This document shows, piece by piece, positions 18,633-29,813 of a stretch of 64,000 nt of DNA (the first letter of the stretch is position 1; each line of letters begins with the position of its first letter). The stretch comes from Lentisphaerota bacterium. GTDB lineage: Bacteria; Verrucomicrobiota; Kiritimatiellia; Kiritimatiellales; Pontiellaceae. Where the stretch lies: NCBI GenBank assembly GCA_012729265.1, contig JAAYDL010000060.1, positions 3,015-67,014 of the forward strand. Direction: 5' to 3'. A program made the translations under genes and the position numbers. The notes below the pieces were generated by a model. The model was given only the letters and a program-made list of their open reading frames with translations. It had not been told where the DNA came from and searched no databases.

Positions 18633-21600
18633 TTGAAACCCTCACGGATAAATGCCATCCCTACCTGCTTGTGTAACAGAGGATTGAGTTTAATGTGCAG
18701 ACAATTTTTGACGGTTTTAACGATTTTGGCGGCAGGAGCTTTTGCGGCTTCGGCGGCGACGTTGGAGCATCGGTATAGCTTTACCACAGATGCTTCAGAT
18801 ACCATCAGCGATGCGGACGGGGTGCTTTTAGGCGGTGCAACGGTGGCCGAGGGAGCTGTTGAGTTCGATGGGAGCGGAGCTTATGTTGAGCTGCCGACCG
18901 GATTGATGACGAATTACCACTCCATGACGATCGAGTGCTGGGAAACGGATTACGGCAGCTCCACCTGGGCGCGTCTTTTTGATTTCGGCTCCAGTCAGAA
19001 TGTTTACCTTTTCATGACGCCGAACTCAGGGTCGAGCGATCTTCGCGCGGCCATCAAAAACGGCGGAGGTGAGCAGGTTGTGTCAACAACTCGACTGGCG
19101 ACGGGTGAGCAAAAACACATTGTCTGGAGTTATGACCATGACAGCACTACGGCCCGATTGTATGTGGACGGCGTGCTGGCGGCCAGCAATACGGGCATAA
19201 CGATTTCTCCGGCGGATTTGGGAAATACGACACAGAACTACATAGGCAAATCACAGTGGCCCGATCCGCTTTTTTATGGAAATATCAACGAGTTTCGTAT
19301 TTATGACGGTGCGTTGAGTGCGGAGGAGGTGTCGAATAGTTATGGCGCAGGCCCGGACGTGGTGCCGTTTTTCGAGGTTGCCATTACGCGACAGCCGGAA
19401 GATCTCTCCGTGGTTGAGGGTGCGTCGGCCCGATTTAAAATCGGGTATGACGGGGCCGAACCGGTGCGTGTTCAGTGGTACCGTGACAACGTTCCTTTGG
19501 ACGGCGAAACCAATGCAGTCTATGAACTTGAATCGGTGAGTTTGAGCGACAACGGCGCACTCTTTTATGCCGAGGTGATGAATGAATATGAAGGAAGTCC
19601 TTATATAGATACGAGCAGTAGTGCAACGCTGACGGTGTGTGTCGACACGGTTGCACCGACATTGGAACGCGTCGCCAGTCTTTATCCCACAGGAGTATGG
19701 GTTCGTTTCAGCGAGGCGGTTAACGAAGAAAGTGCCGAAACGGCGTCGAATTACACGATTACCTATGCCGGCGGATCGTTGGCTGTACAGAGCGCAAGAT
19801 TGTTGAGCGATGGAATGAGTGTGGAGCTTCAAACGGCAGAGCAGACACTGTATGCATCCTACACGCTGCATGTTTCCAATGTGCAGGATTTGGCCAATAC
19901 ACCGAATGTGATTGCGACCGATTCCCAGCTCACGTTTGTTGCCTCGGAATATATCGCAGAAGATATCGGCGGGGCTTCCGGCGCAGCAGTCTGGCAGTCG
20001 GGTGGCGGCGATCTGTCGGTATCCGGCAGCGGATTGGGCGACACGGCGGATCAGATAGGATTCGGCTATAAAACCTACACCGGCGACTTTGATGTGCAGG
20101 TGCGGATCGAGAGCATGGAATTTTCCGATGTCTGGGCACAGTGCGGTCTGATGGCGCGGAATGGGTTGGAGGCCGATGCGGCGTTTGCAGCGGTTTTTGC
20201 CACGTCCGGTCCGGCGGGATGTCAGGTTGCGGCGCGTACGACTGCAGGAGACAGTACGCTTAAGGATGGATTTTTCCCGACGATTTTCCCGAATATGTGG
20301 TTACGGCTGCGCCGAACGGGAGACCTTTTTGAAGGGTTTGCAGGCACTGATGGAGAGACTTGGGAGCGGTTGGGTGCGGTAACAGTTACGATGCCGCCGA
20401 GCGTTGACGTCGGCTTTTTTGCCGGGGCCGGTGAGACTTCGGCCACCTGTACGGCGGCGCTGCGCGATGCTGCTGCGGGCGGCGGAACGATTGTTTCTCA
20501 GATTGACCTTCCCTTCGAACCGTTGGGTCCGAGTTCGCGCCGCGGTGCTATGGTGATCAGCGAAATTATGCTGGATACGCCTTCGGAATGGGGCGGCATC
20601 AACAGCCTTGAATTTATTGAACTCTACAACTCCGGACTGATTACAGAAGATCTGACCGGACATCGCTTCTCCGAGGAGATCGACTACACCTTCCCGTCCG
20701 GCACCACGCTGGCACCGGGCGAGTTTCTGGTGATTGCGAAAGATCCGGCGGCGGTGCGGGAATTTTACGGCGTTGATTGCCTGGGCCCCTACGACGGCAA
20801 GCTGGCTAACTCGGGAGGAACATTGCGGTTCTGCAATGAAGTGAACGGGATTCTGCAGGAGGTGGAATACGAAAACCGCGCTCCATGGCCCGTCGCGGCC
20901 TTCGGCACCGGCCATTCGCTCGTGTTGAGCCACCCGAGTTACGGCGAAAACGATGCACGCGCCTGGTCAGCCAGCGATCGCGTCGGCGGCTCTCCCGGCA
21001 CAACCGAGAGCGTTGGAGCGGAGCCGTTGCGCGGCGTGGTAATTAATGAATACCTCGCCCACACCGACCTGCCGCAGGTGGACTATATTGAACTGTTCAA
21101 TACGACGGGGCAGTCAATCGACCTTTCAGGGGCGTGGCTGAGCGACGAGGCGGGAACCAATAAATATCAGATTCCCGAGAGCACGACCATTCATGCACGC
21201 AGTTTTGCAGCCTTTGACCAGAATGAACTCGGGTTTGCACTCTCGGCCGACGGCGAGCAGATTTATTTAATGAACGCCGATCAGACACGGGTGATTGACG
21301 CCGTTTCGTTCAGCGGGCAGGCGAACGGGATTTCGGAAGGTCGTTATCCCGATGGAGCCCCGGATTTCCAACCCCTTTCGACTACAACGAAGGGAACGGC
21401 CAACACAACGCCTCGACCGTCGACCGTGGTGATCAACGAAATTATGTATCATCCGATTTCAGAGTCGGACGACGATGAATATATTGAACTGTATAACCGC
21501 AGCGCGGTGCCTATTGATGTCTCGGACTGGAGGCTGCAGGGCGGCATTTCATATCAGTTCCCGGACGGAACACAAATTCCCGCCAACGGGTATATTGTCG

Positions 21601-24600
21601 TAGCAAAGAATGTAACGAACCTGGTGGCGAACTATCCGCAGCTGAACGCAGCGAACACCTACGGCAACTATGACGGAACGCTGGGCAACGGCGGCGACAC
21701 GGTTCAGCTGTCGATGCCGGAGGATCTGGTGGCCACCAATCTGGTCGGCTTGGTCACCACCAATTATTTCTACATTACCGTGGACGAGGTGACCTATCTT
21801 GACGGCGGGCGCTGGGGCGAATGGAGCGACGGCGGAGGCAGCTCGCTGGAACTGGTGGATGCGGATGCCGACAATCGGCTTTCTGCAAACTGGGCGGACA
21901 GTGACGAATCCGAGAAGGCTCCGTGGACAACGATTGATGTGACAGCCCCTTTGGTTAACGGAGGGATGGTCGCTGCAGACTATATTGAACTTTATCTGCA
22001 AGGACCCGGTGAGGTGCTGCTGGATGAGGTCGGTTTTCTGCATTCAGTGCAGAATGAATTATTTTCCTATGGCGATTTTTCGACGGGCTCTGAGGGGTGG
22101 ACGTTTGAGGGCGTCGTGCGTCATTCGTTTGTAGAAACCGGTGTCGGCGTGGATAATTCTCCCGCGCTGCATTTGGTTTCCGTCGACCGGGGTGACATCG
22201 GCTGTAATAATGCCTCCGCCGTGTTGGACGATGCGGCAGAGACCGGGAGCTCGAAGACCGGCCGTTTGATGGCGAAGGTCCGCTGGCTGAAAGGGTCGCG
22301 CTATTTTCTAATGCGTCTGCGAGGAAACTGGATAGAGGCCTCGGTCCCGCTGGAAGTACCAACCGATTGCGGAACTCCCGGACAGGCCAATTCACGGCGG
22401 GTTTACAATGCGGGTCCGGCGATCTATGATGTGAGTCATGCACCGATCCTTCCTGCGGCGGGTGAAACGGTGGTGGTGACCGCGCGCGTAAACGATCCGG
22501 ACGGCGTTTCATCGGCAACCCTGAACTATCGGCTCGACCCGAATACCACCTACTCCTCCCGCGCAATGAACGATCATGGAACCGGCGGCGATGCCGTAGC
22601 CGGCGATGGAATCTATTCTGCGACGATTCCTGCGCAGGCGGACGAAACCTTGGTTGCTTTCTATGTGTCGGCCGCAGACAGGTTGTCGGCCACAGGCCAA
22701 TTCCCTGCGAATGTTCCGACGCAGGAATGTCTGGTTCGTTGGGGCGAAGAAGAGATCAGCGGCGGCCTGGGCACGTATCGACTTTGGGTAACGCAGGCGA
22801 ATCTTGATTTCTGGGGCAGCCGGGAAGAGAACGCGAATGACACCATGGATGCCACCTTTGTTTATGGAAACGACCGTGTGATTTACAACGTGGGCACCAT
22901 GTACAGCGGCAGCCCGTGGCACACCGTTCAATACAATGGACCGATCGGGTCGTTAGCCTGCGACTACGAGATCAATTTCCATCCGGGTGAAAAGTTCATG
23001 GGTTCCGAACCCTTCGTGATTGCCGCAGAAGGTTCAGAGGACGTCGAGAACTTGTACGATTTCACGACGCAGGTGGATATGACCTGTACTTGGATCGGTC
23101 GGAAACTGGGCCTGCAGTACAACTATCGCCGGCATGTCAACATGTTCGTCAATGGGACGAGACGCGGAGTGGTTTATCTGGACACGCAGCAGCCCAACAG
23201 CGAGATGCTGGACCAATATTTCCCGGACGATGAAGCGGGCGAAATTCGCAAGGTCGAAGACTGGTTCGAATTCGAGATCAACAACACCTCCCAAAGATAC
23301 ATCATGGCTACGCTCGAACGCTTCAACGATCCCGCCGGCGGCATCGATGTCAAGCGCTACCGTTGGAACTGGCGTCCGCGGACAACCGAGAACCACGACA
23401 ACTGGTATGCGTTTACCAATCTGGTGGAAACAATCAACGACACTGCCGCGGGCTATGAAAAGCGGGCGGCCAGATGGATCGATATCCGGAACTTCCTGTG
23501 GCCGGTGGCGCTGAATCACGTTGTCGGAAACTGGGACAGCTACGGCTACGAGCGCGGCAAGAATATGTACATCTACAAGCCGGACAACCAGGGTTGGCGC
23601 ATGCTTCCATGGGATATCGAGTTGGCGCTCGACAACGACAGCCGGAGCCCGACCGACAGTATCTACAGTATCCACGATCCCGCGCTTAGAGCATTCATCC
23701 GCTCCTCTCCGGCCATCGAGCGGGAATACCTAATGGCGTTCCAAGAGGCGGTAGATTCGGTATTGCTTCCGGAGGTCGTCAATCCGATTCTGGATGAGCG
23801 TTATGAAAACCTGCTCGCAAACGGAATTCCGGTGGCTTCTCCTAACTCGATTGAGGTGTGGATTGCGTCGCGACGCAGTTATCTGCAAAGTGTTCTGCCG
23901 ACGGCAGAATTCGCGGTCGATGCAACAGATACCCCCGTCTCCTCTAATCGTGCGGTGTTGACCGGATCGGCCCCGCTTCAAGTGGCGGAAATCTGTGTGA
24001 ACGGCAGGCCGTATCCCGTTGAGTGGACAAGCACGACCTCTTGGCAGCTGACGCTTCCGCTGAATGCTGGAGCCAACACGCTGTTGATTTCAGGGCGCGA
24101 CCGGTTCGGCAACGAGGTGGACGGAGCTAATTCTGTTGAGAATATCACCTTTGACGGAAGCAATCCGGATCCCGAGGGCGTGGTGGTAATCAATGAAATT
24201 CATCCTTCTCCGGAGGACCGAGCAGCGCAATTCCTGGAACTGCACAACGCGTCAACGAATCACATGTTTGATCTTTCCGGTTGGCGCATTAACGGCGTCG
24301 TTTACACCTTCCCCGAAGGTTCGCTGATCGCTCCGGGTGAATATCTCTTGCTCGTGGAAGATGAGTATCAGTTTGCAGCTCGTCGGCCGGATCTAACGAT
24401 CTTTGATGCGTATGACGGATCGTTGGATCCGATCGGTGAAACACTGACGCTCTTCCGGCCCGGAGAAGCACTTGGCGAGGAAATCGTCGTGGACCGTGTC
24501 CGCTATGAAAATACTGCACCGTGGAGCAGTTTTTCCGGCGGCTACTCGCTTCAGCTGATCGATCCCTCGCTCGATAATGCGCGAGTGACTAACTGGGTGC

Positions 24601-26630
24601 AGGGCATCGAAGGATTCTCGACGATCCTGCAATCGGAAACGCTGGTGGACAAAGATCACATCTGGAAATTCTTCGATGGGGACGACCCCGGCGCCGATTG
24701 GAAGAACGTTGGATTCAACGACGCCGACTGGTCCAGCGGGCCTTCGCTGATTTATCAGGAGGGGTCACCGATGCCTTGGACCAAAAACACGCCCGCGCCC
24801 TACGTGAATGGCCGAATGACTTATTATTTCCGCACAACGATTAATTATGCGCCCGGCGGAGAGCTTATGGAGCTGGATCTCTCGCATGTGATTGACGACG
24901 GCATGATTCTCTACCTTAACGGAAACGAGATTTATCGGTGGGGCATGCCTGACGGTGCGGTGAATTCTTCGACAGCTGCGAATCTGACCGTCGATAATGC
25001 CGTTGAAAACGGCCCGTACGTGATCCCGTTTGATGCACTTGTCGTCGGAGAAAATGTGCTGGCGGTAGAGGTGCATCAGGTCAATTCCACCAGTTCTGAT
25101 GTCGTGATGGGAATCAAGATAGATGCAGAGCTCGCATATCCTGATCCGAACGCAATCCAACGGACCACGCCCGGTGAGGCCAATGCTGTTCCCGAAAGTC
25201 TGGAGGCTATTCCTCCGATCTGGCTGAATGAACTTCAGGCCGTAAATGTTTCCGGAGCGCAGGATAATGTCGGCGATCGCGATCCGTGGGTTGAACTCTA
25301 CAACGCCGGCGATTCGACGATCTCTCTCGATGGGTATTATCTGACGGATGACTACAGCAATCTGACTAACGGATGGGCATTCCCCGCCGGTTCCTCGATA
25401 CCTGCCGGCGGCATGCTGGTGGTCTGGTGCGACGGGGAAACGGAGGAGTCGATTGAAAATGTTCCGCACGCGGACTTTACACTGACCGCTGCTTCTGGAC
25501 AGGTCGGTCTGTATCGTTTGGTGAGTGATGAATATCAAATGGTGGATTACCTCACCTACGCCAACCTCCCCGCAAATTGGGGCTACGGCGATGTACCCGA
25601 CGGTCAGCCCTTTTACCGTTTCGATCTGTTCTATCCCACGCCCGGTCTCGCCAACAACGGAGCCTCCGCGCCGATCACGGTTTCTATTAACGAGTGGATG
25701 GCCGATAACAACGGAACGCTCATGGACCCGGTGGATAGTGATTATGACGACTGGTTCGAACTCTATAATCCCGGAACGAATACGATCGATCTGGGCGGCT
25801 ATTTCCTGACCGACGACCTGACCGATCCCTTCCAGTTCCAAGTACCGAACAACGGGCATTACACCATTGAACCCGGAGGCTTCCTGCTCGTCTGGGCCGA
25901 TGGGGAGGACGGACAGAACTCGACCAATATCCTTGATCTGCACGCTGACTTTTCGCTCAGCCGCGACGGAGAAGCGATCGGCGTGTTTGCTGCCGATGGA
26001 ACAATGATCGATTCCGTAACCTTCGGGGCGCAGGATATGGATGCAGGCGAAGGCCGCTTCTCTGACGGGGCCCCCTCCATCTTTGCCATGACACCGCCCA
26101 CGCCTAGAACGGCGAACCGGATTGAACAGCAGAATTTTGCACCGATCCTCAGTCCGATTGCCGACGTCGTGCTGGTGCCGGGCCTGGCGCTGGAGTTCAT
26201 TGCGAGCGCAACGGATGCCGATCTCCCCTGGCAGACGCTGAGTTACAGCCTGATCGATGCTCCGTCCGGTGCTTCCATTGAATCGTCAACCGGACAGTTC
26301 AGCTGGACGCCTTCGGCACCGACCACCAACCTGCTGGGCATTATGGTAACCGATAACGGCGTTCCGGCGCTCTCTGACACGGAATGGTTCGAGGTCAAGG
26401 TTGTACCGCTGCCGAGCGTTGGAGTCAGTTCCGTCTCCGGAACCGATTTTTCACTGAACTGGCTGTCGCAAAGCGGGCTGACCTATCGTATCTACTATAA
26501 AGAAGCGCTGACTGATCCCGAGTGGCAGGCCCTTACGCCGCCGATTGAGGGTGATGGCGAGCTGCAGATCTTTAACGGCAGCACGACCAATGCGCCCTCC
26601 GGGTTTATCGTGATCGGCGTGGAACCCTGA
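18633..26630 (+). CDS. Giant secreted protein (2665 aa): LamG, Ig-like, multiple lamin-tail domains, CotH kinase domain
   Basis: LamG (WARLFDFG...INEFRIY); repeated V(V/I)INEI...DYIEL(Y/F)N lamin-tail units; CotH-type NWDSY...KNMYIY...W..LPWD; C-terminal Ig-like region. Confidence 0.88.
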   Translation: MKPSRINAIPTCLCNRGLSLMCRQFLTVLTILAAGAFAASAATLEHRYSFTTDASDTISDADGVLLGGATVAEGAVEFDGSGAYVELPTGLMTNYHSMTIECWETDYGSSTWARLFDFGSSQNVYLFMTPNSGSSDLRAAIKNGGGEQVVSTTRLATGEQKHIVWSYDHDSTTARLYVDGVLAASNTGITISPADLGNTTQNYIGKSQWPDPLFYGNINEFRIYDGALSAEEVSNSYGAGPDVVPFFEVAITRQPEDLSVVEGASARFKIGYDGAEPVRVQWYRDNVPLDGETNAVYELESVSLSDNGALFYAEVMNEYEGSPYIDTSSSATLTVCVDTVAPTLERVASLYPTGVWVRFSEAVNEESAETASNYTITYAGGSLAVQSARLLSDGMSVELQTAEQTLYASYTLHVSNVQDLANTPNVIATDSQLTFVASEYIAEDIGGASGAAVWQSGGGDLSVSGSGLGDTADQIGFGYKTYTGDFDVQVRIESMEFSDVWAQCGLMARNGLEADAAFAAVFATSGPAGCQVAARTTAGDSTLKDGFFPTIFPNMWLRLRRTGDLFEGFAGTDGETWERLGAVTVTMPPSVDVGFFAGAGETSATCTAALRDAAAGGGTIVSQIDLPFEPLGPSSRRGAMVISEIMLDTPSEWGGINSLEFIELYNSGLITEDLTGHRFSEEIDYTFPSGTTLAPGEFLVIAKDPAAVREFYGVDCLGPYDGKLANSGGTLRFCNEVNGILQEVEYENRAPWPVAAFGTGHSLVLSHPSYGENDARAWSASDRVGGSPGTTESVGAEPLRGVVINEYLAHTDLPQVDYIELFNTTGQSIDLSGAWLSDEAGTNKYQIPESTTIHARSFAAFDQNELGFALSADGEQIYLMNADQTRVIDAVSFSGQANGISEGRYPDGAPDFQPLSTTTKGTANTTPRPSTVVINEIMYHPISESDDDEYIELYNRSAVPIDVSDWRLQGGISYQFPDGTQIPANGYIVVAKNVTNLVANYPQLNAANTYGNYDGTLGNGGDTVQLSMPEDLVATNLVGLVTTNYFYITVDEVTYLDGGRWGEWSDGGGSSLELVDADADNRLSANWADSDESEKAPWTTIDVTAPLVNGGMVAADYIELYLQGPGEVLLDEVGFLHSVQNELFSYGDFSTGSEGWTFEGVVRHSFVETGVGVDNSPALHLVSVDRGDIGCNNASAVLDDAAETGSSKTGRLMAKVRWLKGSRYFLMRLRGNWIEASVPLEVPTDCGTPGQANSRRVYNAGPAIYDVSHAPILPAAGETVVVTARVNDPDGVSSATLNYRLDPNTTYSSRAMNDHGTGGDAVAGDGIYSATIPAQADETLVAFYVSAADRLSATGQFPANVPTQECLVRWGEEEISGGLGTYRLWVTQANLDFWGSREENANDTMDATFVYGNDRVIYNVGTMYSGSPWHTVQYNGPIGSLACDYEINFHPGEKFMGSEPFVIAAEGSEDVENLYDFTTQVDMTCTWIGRKLGLQYNYRRHVNMFVNGTRRGVVYLDTQQPNSEMLDQYFPDDEAGEIRKVEDWFEFEINNTSQRYIMATLERFNDPAGGIDVKRYRWNWRPRTTENHDNWYAFTNLVETINDTAAGYEKRAARWIDIRNFLWPVALNHVVGNWDSYGYERGKNMYIYKPDNQGWRMLPWDIELALDNDSRSPTDSIYSIHDPALRAFIRSSPAIEREYLMAFQEAVDSVLLPEVVNPILDERYENLLANGIPVASPNSIEVWIASRRSYLQSVLPTAEFAVDATDTPVSSNRAVLTGSAPLQVAEICVNGRPYPVEWTSTTSWQLTLPLNAGANTLLISGRDRFGNEVDGANSVENITFDGSNPDPEGVVVINEIHPSPEDRAAQFLELHNASTNHMFDLSGWRINGVVYTFPEGSLIAPGEYLLLVEDEYQFAARRPDLTIFDAYDGSLDPIGETLTLFRPGEALGEEIVVDRVRYENTAPWSSFSGGYSLQLIDPSLDNARVTNWVQGIEGFSTILQSETLVDKDHIWKFFDGDDPGADWKNVGFNDADWSSGPSLIYQEGSPMPWTKNTPAPYVNGRMTYYFRTTINYAPGGELMELDLSHVIDDGMILYLNGNEIYRWGMPDGAVNSSTAANLTVDNAVENGPYVIPFDALVVGENVLAVEVHQVNSTSSDVVMGIKIDAELAYPDPNAIQRTTPGEANAVPESLEAIPPIWLNELQAVNVSGAQDNVGDRDPWVELYNAGDSTISLDGYYLTDDYSNLTNGWAFPAGSSIPAGGMLVVWCDGETEESIENVPHADFTLTAASGQVGLYRLVSDEYQMVDYLTYANLPANWGYGDVPDGQPFYRFDLFYPTPGLANNGASAPITVSINEWMADNNGTLMDPVDSDYDDWFELYNPGTNTIDLGGYFLTDDLTDPFQFQVPNNGHYTIEPGGFLLVWADGEDGQNSTNILDLHADFSLSRDGEAIGVFAADGTMIDSVTFGAQDMDAGEGRFSDGAPSIFAMTPPTPRTANRIEQQNFAPILSPIADVVLVPGLALEFIASATDADLPWQTLSYSLIDAPSGASIESSTGQFSWTPSAPTTNLLGIMVTDNGVPALSDTEWFEVKVVPLPSVGVSSVSGTDFSLNWLSQSGLTYRIYYKEALTDPEWQALTPPIEGDGELQIFNGSTTNAPSGFIVIGVEP

Positions 26631-26649
26631 TTCGCCGTGTTGTGTGGTT

Positions 26650-26692
26650 GCAGAGAAACAATATCACCCCGTTCCGGGTGATATTGCTCTGC
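26650..26692. terminator. Hairpin between convergent genes; possible bidirectional terminator
   Basis: GCAGAG..CAATATCACCC-cgttcc-GGGTGATATTG-CTCTGC. Confidence 0.5.
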
Positions 26693-26730
26693 CGTTTGAG
26701 CTGAGCGACCGGAGGGGAGGTGCCCTCAGG

Positions 26731-26792
26731 AATACACGAACGTGGGTAAGGCAGTAATTCTCTTTTCGTGTGGTTCGTGTATTTCGTGGTCC
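26731..26792. repeat. Degenerate 9-mer-periodic hairpin element (CACGAA family)
   Basis: AATACACGAA...TTTCGTGTGGTTCGTGTATTTCGTGGT; right arm nearly identical to the right arm of the 44737-44804 element. Confidence 0.75.
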
Positions 26793-26832
26793 AAACAATA
26801 TGAATTAAGTTAATTCCGTATGATCAGACCGA

Positions 26833-29355
26833 TCAACTCACCGCAATATTCACCAACCGACCGGGGACGACGATGACCTTGCGGACGGTTTTGCCTTCTA
26901 GCCAGGACTGGATCTTTTCGGCGGCTTTGGCGGCGGCTTCGATCTCGGCGTTGGTGGCGGTGGCGGAGACGGTGATTTTGTCGCGGACCTTGCCGTTGAC
27001 TTGAACCACCATTTCAATCTCGTCGCGCTTGAGGGCTTCTTCGTTCACGACGGGCCAGTCGGCTTTCATGATGCCCGCTTCGTGGCCGAGTTCGACCCAC
27101 AGCTCTTCGGCGATGTGCGGCGCGAAGGGCGAAATGAGCAGGACGACGTTTTCAATGGCGTCGCGGAAAACAATCTTGGCGGATTCGGAGGAGTCGTCCG
27201 AAACCTTCAACGCATCGATGGCATTCATCAGTTCCATGATCGCGGCGATGGCGGTGTTGAAGGTGAATGCACCGTCGAGCCCGCGAGTAATCTGCTGAAT
27301 GGTTTCGTTGGTCTTGCGGTAGAGGTCGCGCTCGGCAACGGCCATTCCGGCGATTACCGGCTTTTTACCTTCGACCGATTTGAGCAGGTCGAGATTGTCG
27401 GCGACGCGGCGCCAGATGCGCTTGAGGAAGCGATAAGCGCCCTCAACCCCGGCATCCTGCCACTCGGCCTCCTTTTCCGGCGGACCGATGAAGAGCGTGT
27501 AGAGGCGGACGGTGTCGGCGCCATATTTTTCGATCAGCTCGTTGGGACTGACCACGTTGCCCTTGGATTTGGACATCTTGTAGAGGTTGCCGTCGGGGCC
27601 CTTCTTGCAGATCATGCCCTGCGTAAAGAGCTGGCCGAAAGGTTCGTCAAAACCGATCAGGCCGAGATCCTTGATCACCTTGGTGAAGAAGCGGGCGTAG
27701 AGCAGATGAAGGATCGCGTGCTCGATGCCGCCGATATACTGGTTGACCGGCATCCACTTGTTGGCGATGGCGGTATTGATCGCCTGCGAGGAGTCGCGCG
27801 CACTGAGGTAGCGCAGGAAATACCAGGACGAATCGACGAAGGTGTCCATCGTATCCGACTCGCGCGTGGCCGCGCCGCCGCACCTCGGGCAGGTGCAGTT
27901 CATGAAGGTGGCAGAACCCTTGAGCGGCGATTCGCCCTCGGCCTTGAACTCGACGCCGGTCGGAAGCATGACGGGGAGGTTTTCCTCGGCTTCGGGAACC
28001 GTGCCGCACGTGGGGCAGTAAACGATTGGAATCGGCGCGCCCCAGTAGCGCTGACGCGAAATGAGCCAGTCGCGCAGGCGAAAGTTGATCTTCCCTTTTC
28101 CAAAACCCTGCTCCTCGGCATAGGCGGTCATCCGCTTGATCGCTTCGCGGTTGTCCATGCCCGTGAACGGCCCCGAATCGACGCAGGTGCCGTCCTCCGT
28201 GTAGGCGTCCTTCATTTGTTCGAGGACGAGCGAGCCTTCCGGATTCTGGATCGAAAGCTTGATCGGCAGGCTATATTTCTTGGCGAAGGCAAAGTCGCGC
28301 GTATCGTGCGCCGGGACGGCCATCACCGCGCCGGTGCCATACATCAGCACATAGTTGCCGACCCACAGCTCGATCCGTTCGCCGTTGTAGGGATTGATCA
28401 AATAACGCCCGGTAAACTTCCCGGCCTTTTCAACCTCATCGGCCTCGCGGTCGAGGTTGGTCAGCTTGGAGCTCTCCTTGACGAATTCGAGCACTTCGGC
28501 CTCTTGCGGCAGGCCTTTCACGAGATTTTTCAGCTCCGGATACTCCGGCGCAACGGCCATGTAGGTGCATCCATAAATCGTGTCGACGCGCGTGGTGTAA
28601 CAGGTCACCTTGTCAATAGTGTCCGCCGCGCCATCTTCACGCGGCACAATCTTGAAATCGACCTCCGTTCCCTCGGAGCGGCCGATCCAGTTGCGCTGCA
28701 TCGTCTTCACGCGCTCCGGCCAGCCGCCGAGCGTGTCGAGATCGTCGAGCAGCCGCTGGGCATAGTCGGTAATCTTGAAGAACCACTGCTCCATCGCCTT
28801 CTGATCCACCTCGGAATCGCAGCGCTCGCAGCAGCCGTCGACCACCTGCTCGTTGGCGAGCACGGTGGCGCAGGAAGGACACCAGTTCACGTTGGAGTTT
28901 TTCTTGTAGGCCAGCCCCTTCTTGTAGAACTGGAGGAAGAGCCACTGCGTCCACTTGTAGTATTCCGGCAGGCAGGAGGTGACTTCCTTCTCCCAGTCGT
29001 ACATGCAGCCCCAGGCGCGCAGCTGCTCCTTCATGGTGGCAATGTTCGACAGCGTGTATTCCGCCGGCGGCGTTCCGGTCTTGATGGCGGCGTTTTCGGC
29101 AGGCAGGCCGAAGGCGTCCCAGCCCATCGGCGTCAGCACATCGAAGCCCTGCATCTTCTTGTAGCGCGCAACGGCGTCGCCGATGATATAGTTGCGGCCG
29201 TGGCCGACATGCAGCTTGCCCGACGGATACGGAAACATCATCAGGCAATAGTATGGATTTTTCGCCGCCGCCAGATCGGTCTTAAAATCGCCGTTGTCGT
29301 CCCAGAAGTTCTGCCACTTCGCTTCAATTTCGCCATAAGGATAATCGCTGTTCAT
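26833..29355 (-). CDS. leuS: Leucine--tRNA ligase
   Basis: MFPYPSGKLHVGH, GWDAFGLPAENAA, DWLISRQRYWG, GGIEHA, KMSKSKGN. Confidence 0.98.
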   Translation of the reverse strand: MNSDYPYGEIEAKWQNFWDDNGDFKTDLAAAKNPYYCLMMFPYPSGKLHVGHGRNYIIGDAVARYKKMQGFDVLTPMGWDAFGLPAENAAIKTGTPPAEYTLSNIATMKEQLRAWGCMYDWEKEVTSCLPEYYKWTQWLFLQFYKKGLAYKKNSNVNWCPSCATVLANEQVVDGCCERCDSEVDQKAMEQWFFKITDYAQRLLDDLDTLGGWPERVKTMQRNWIGRSEGTEVDFKIVPREDGAADTIDKVTCYTTRVDTIYGCTYMAVAPEYPELKNLVKGLPQEAEVLEFVKESSKLTNLDREADEVEKAGKFTGRYLINPYNGERIELWVGNYVLMYGTGAVMAVPAHDTRDFAFAKKYSLPIKLSIQNPEGSLVLEQMKDAYTEDGTCVDSGPFTGMDNREAIKRMTAYAEEQGFGKGKINFRLRDWLISRQRYWGAPIPIVYCPTCGTVPEAEENLPVMLPTGVEFKAEGESPLKGSATFMNCTCPRCGGAATRESDTMDTFVDSSWYFLRYLSARDSSQAINTAIANKWMPVNQYIGGIEHAILHLLYARFFTKVIKDLGLIGFDEPFGQLFTQGMICKKGPDGNLYKMSKSKGNVVSPNELIEKYGADTVRLYTLFIGPPEKEAEWQDAGVEGAYRFLKRIWRRVADNLDLLKSVEGKKPVIAGMAVAERDLYRKTNETIQQITRGLDGAFTFNTAIAAIMELMNAIDALKVSDDSSESAKIVFRDAIENVVLLISPFAPHIAEELWVELGHEAGIMKADWPVVNEEALKRDEIEMVVQVNGKVRDKITVSATATNAEIEAAAKAAEKIQSWLEGKTVRKVIVVPGRLVNIAVS

Positions 29356-29380
29356 TGCATTCACCGTTAATTGTTTATAG

Positions 29381-29725
29381 TTATTTGGACGCACCGGATT
29401 CGTTGGCTTTCTTGAGATAATTCATATAGCCGTTGGTGAGTTTCACCCCTTCCCAAACCAGTGCTTCTCCCTGTTTAAATTGTTCCTCTGTAATCAATCC
29501 TTCAGCTCCCGAAAATCCTTCATATTCGAACCCGATTAACCCATTAACGATTAACTTAAAATCCGACTGCGGTACGCAAAGGCGAGAAATATAGGGATTT
29601 GCCCCCGCTTTTCCACCTTCAAACCACAAAAAATGGCGGAGCCCACTCCGACAGCCGGGCGCGCAGTTTCCGTTTTCGTCCGTGGTAAAGAAAATAAAAT
29701 CGGCCCGAAGCAATGCGCAGATCAT
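29381..29725 (-). CDS. Hypothetical protein (114 aa)
   Basis: Protein-like ORF filling the gap upstream of leuS; no recognisable family. Confidence 0.5.
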   Translation of the reverse strand: MICALLRADFIFFTTDENGNCAPGCRSGLRHFLWFEGGKAGANPYISRLCVPQSDFKLIVNGLIGFEYEGFSGAEGLITEEQFKQGEALVWEGVKLTNGYMNYLKKANESGASK

Positions 29726-29813
29726 TTCAAATGGCTGATAACGTAGTGGTAGATAATTTGCGAATGCAAATAGAGCTGAAGGCTCGGTTCAATAGCGACT
29801 GAGGGGTGGTTCA

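Noticed and set aside
27001-29370. 789-aa plus-strand ORF
   Set aside because: Antisense shadow of leuS caused by GC-biased codon usage.
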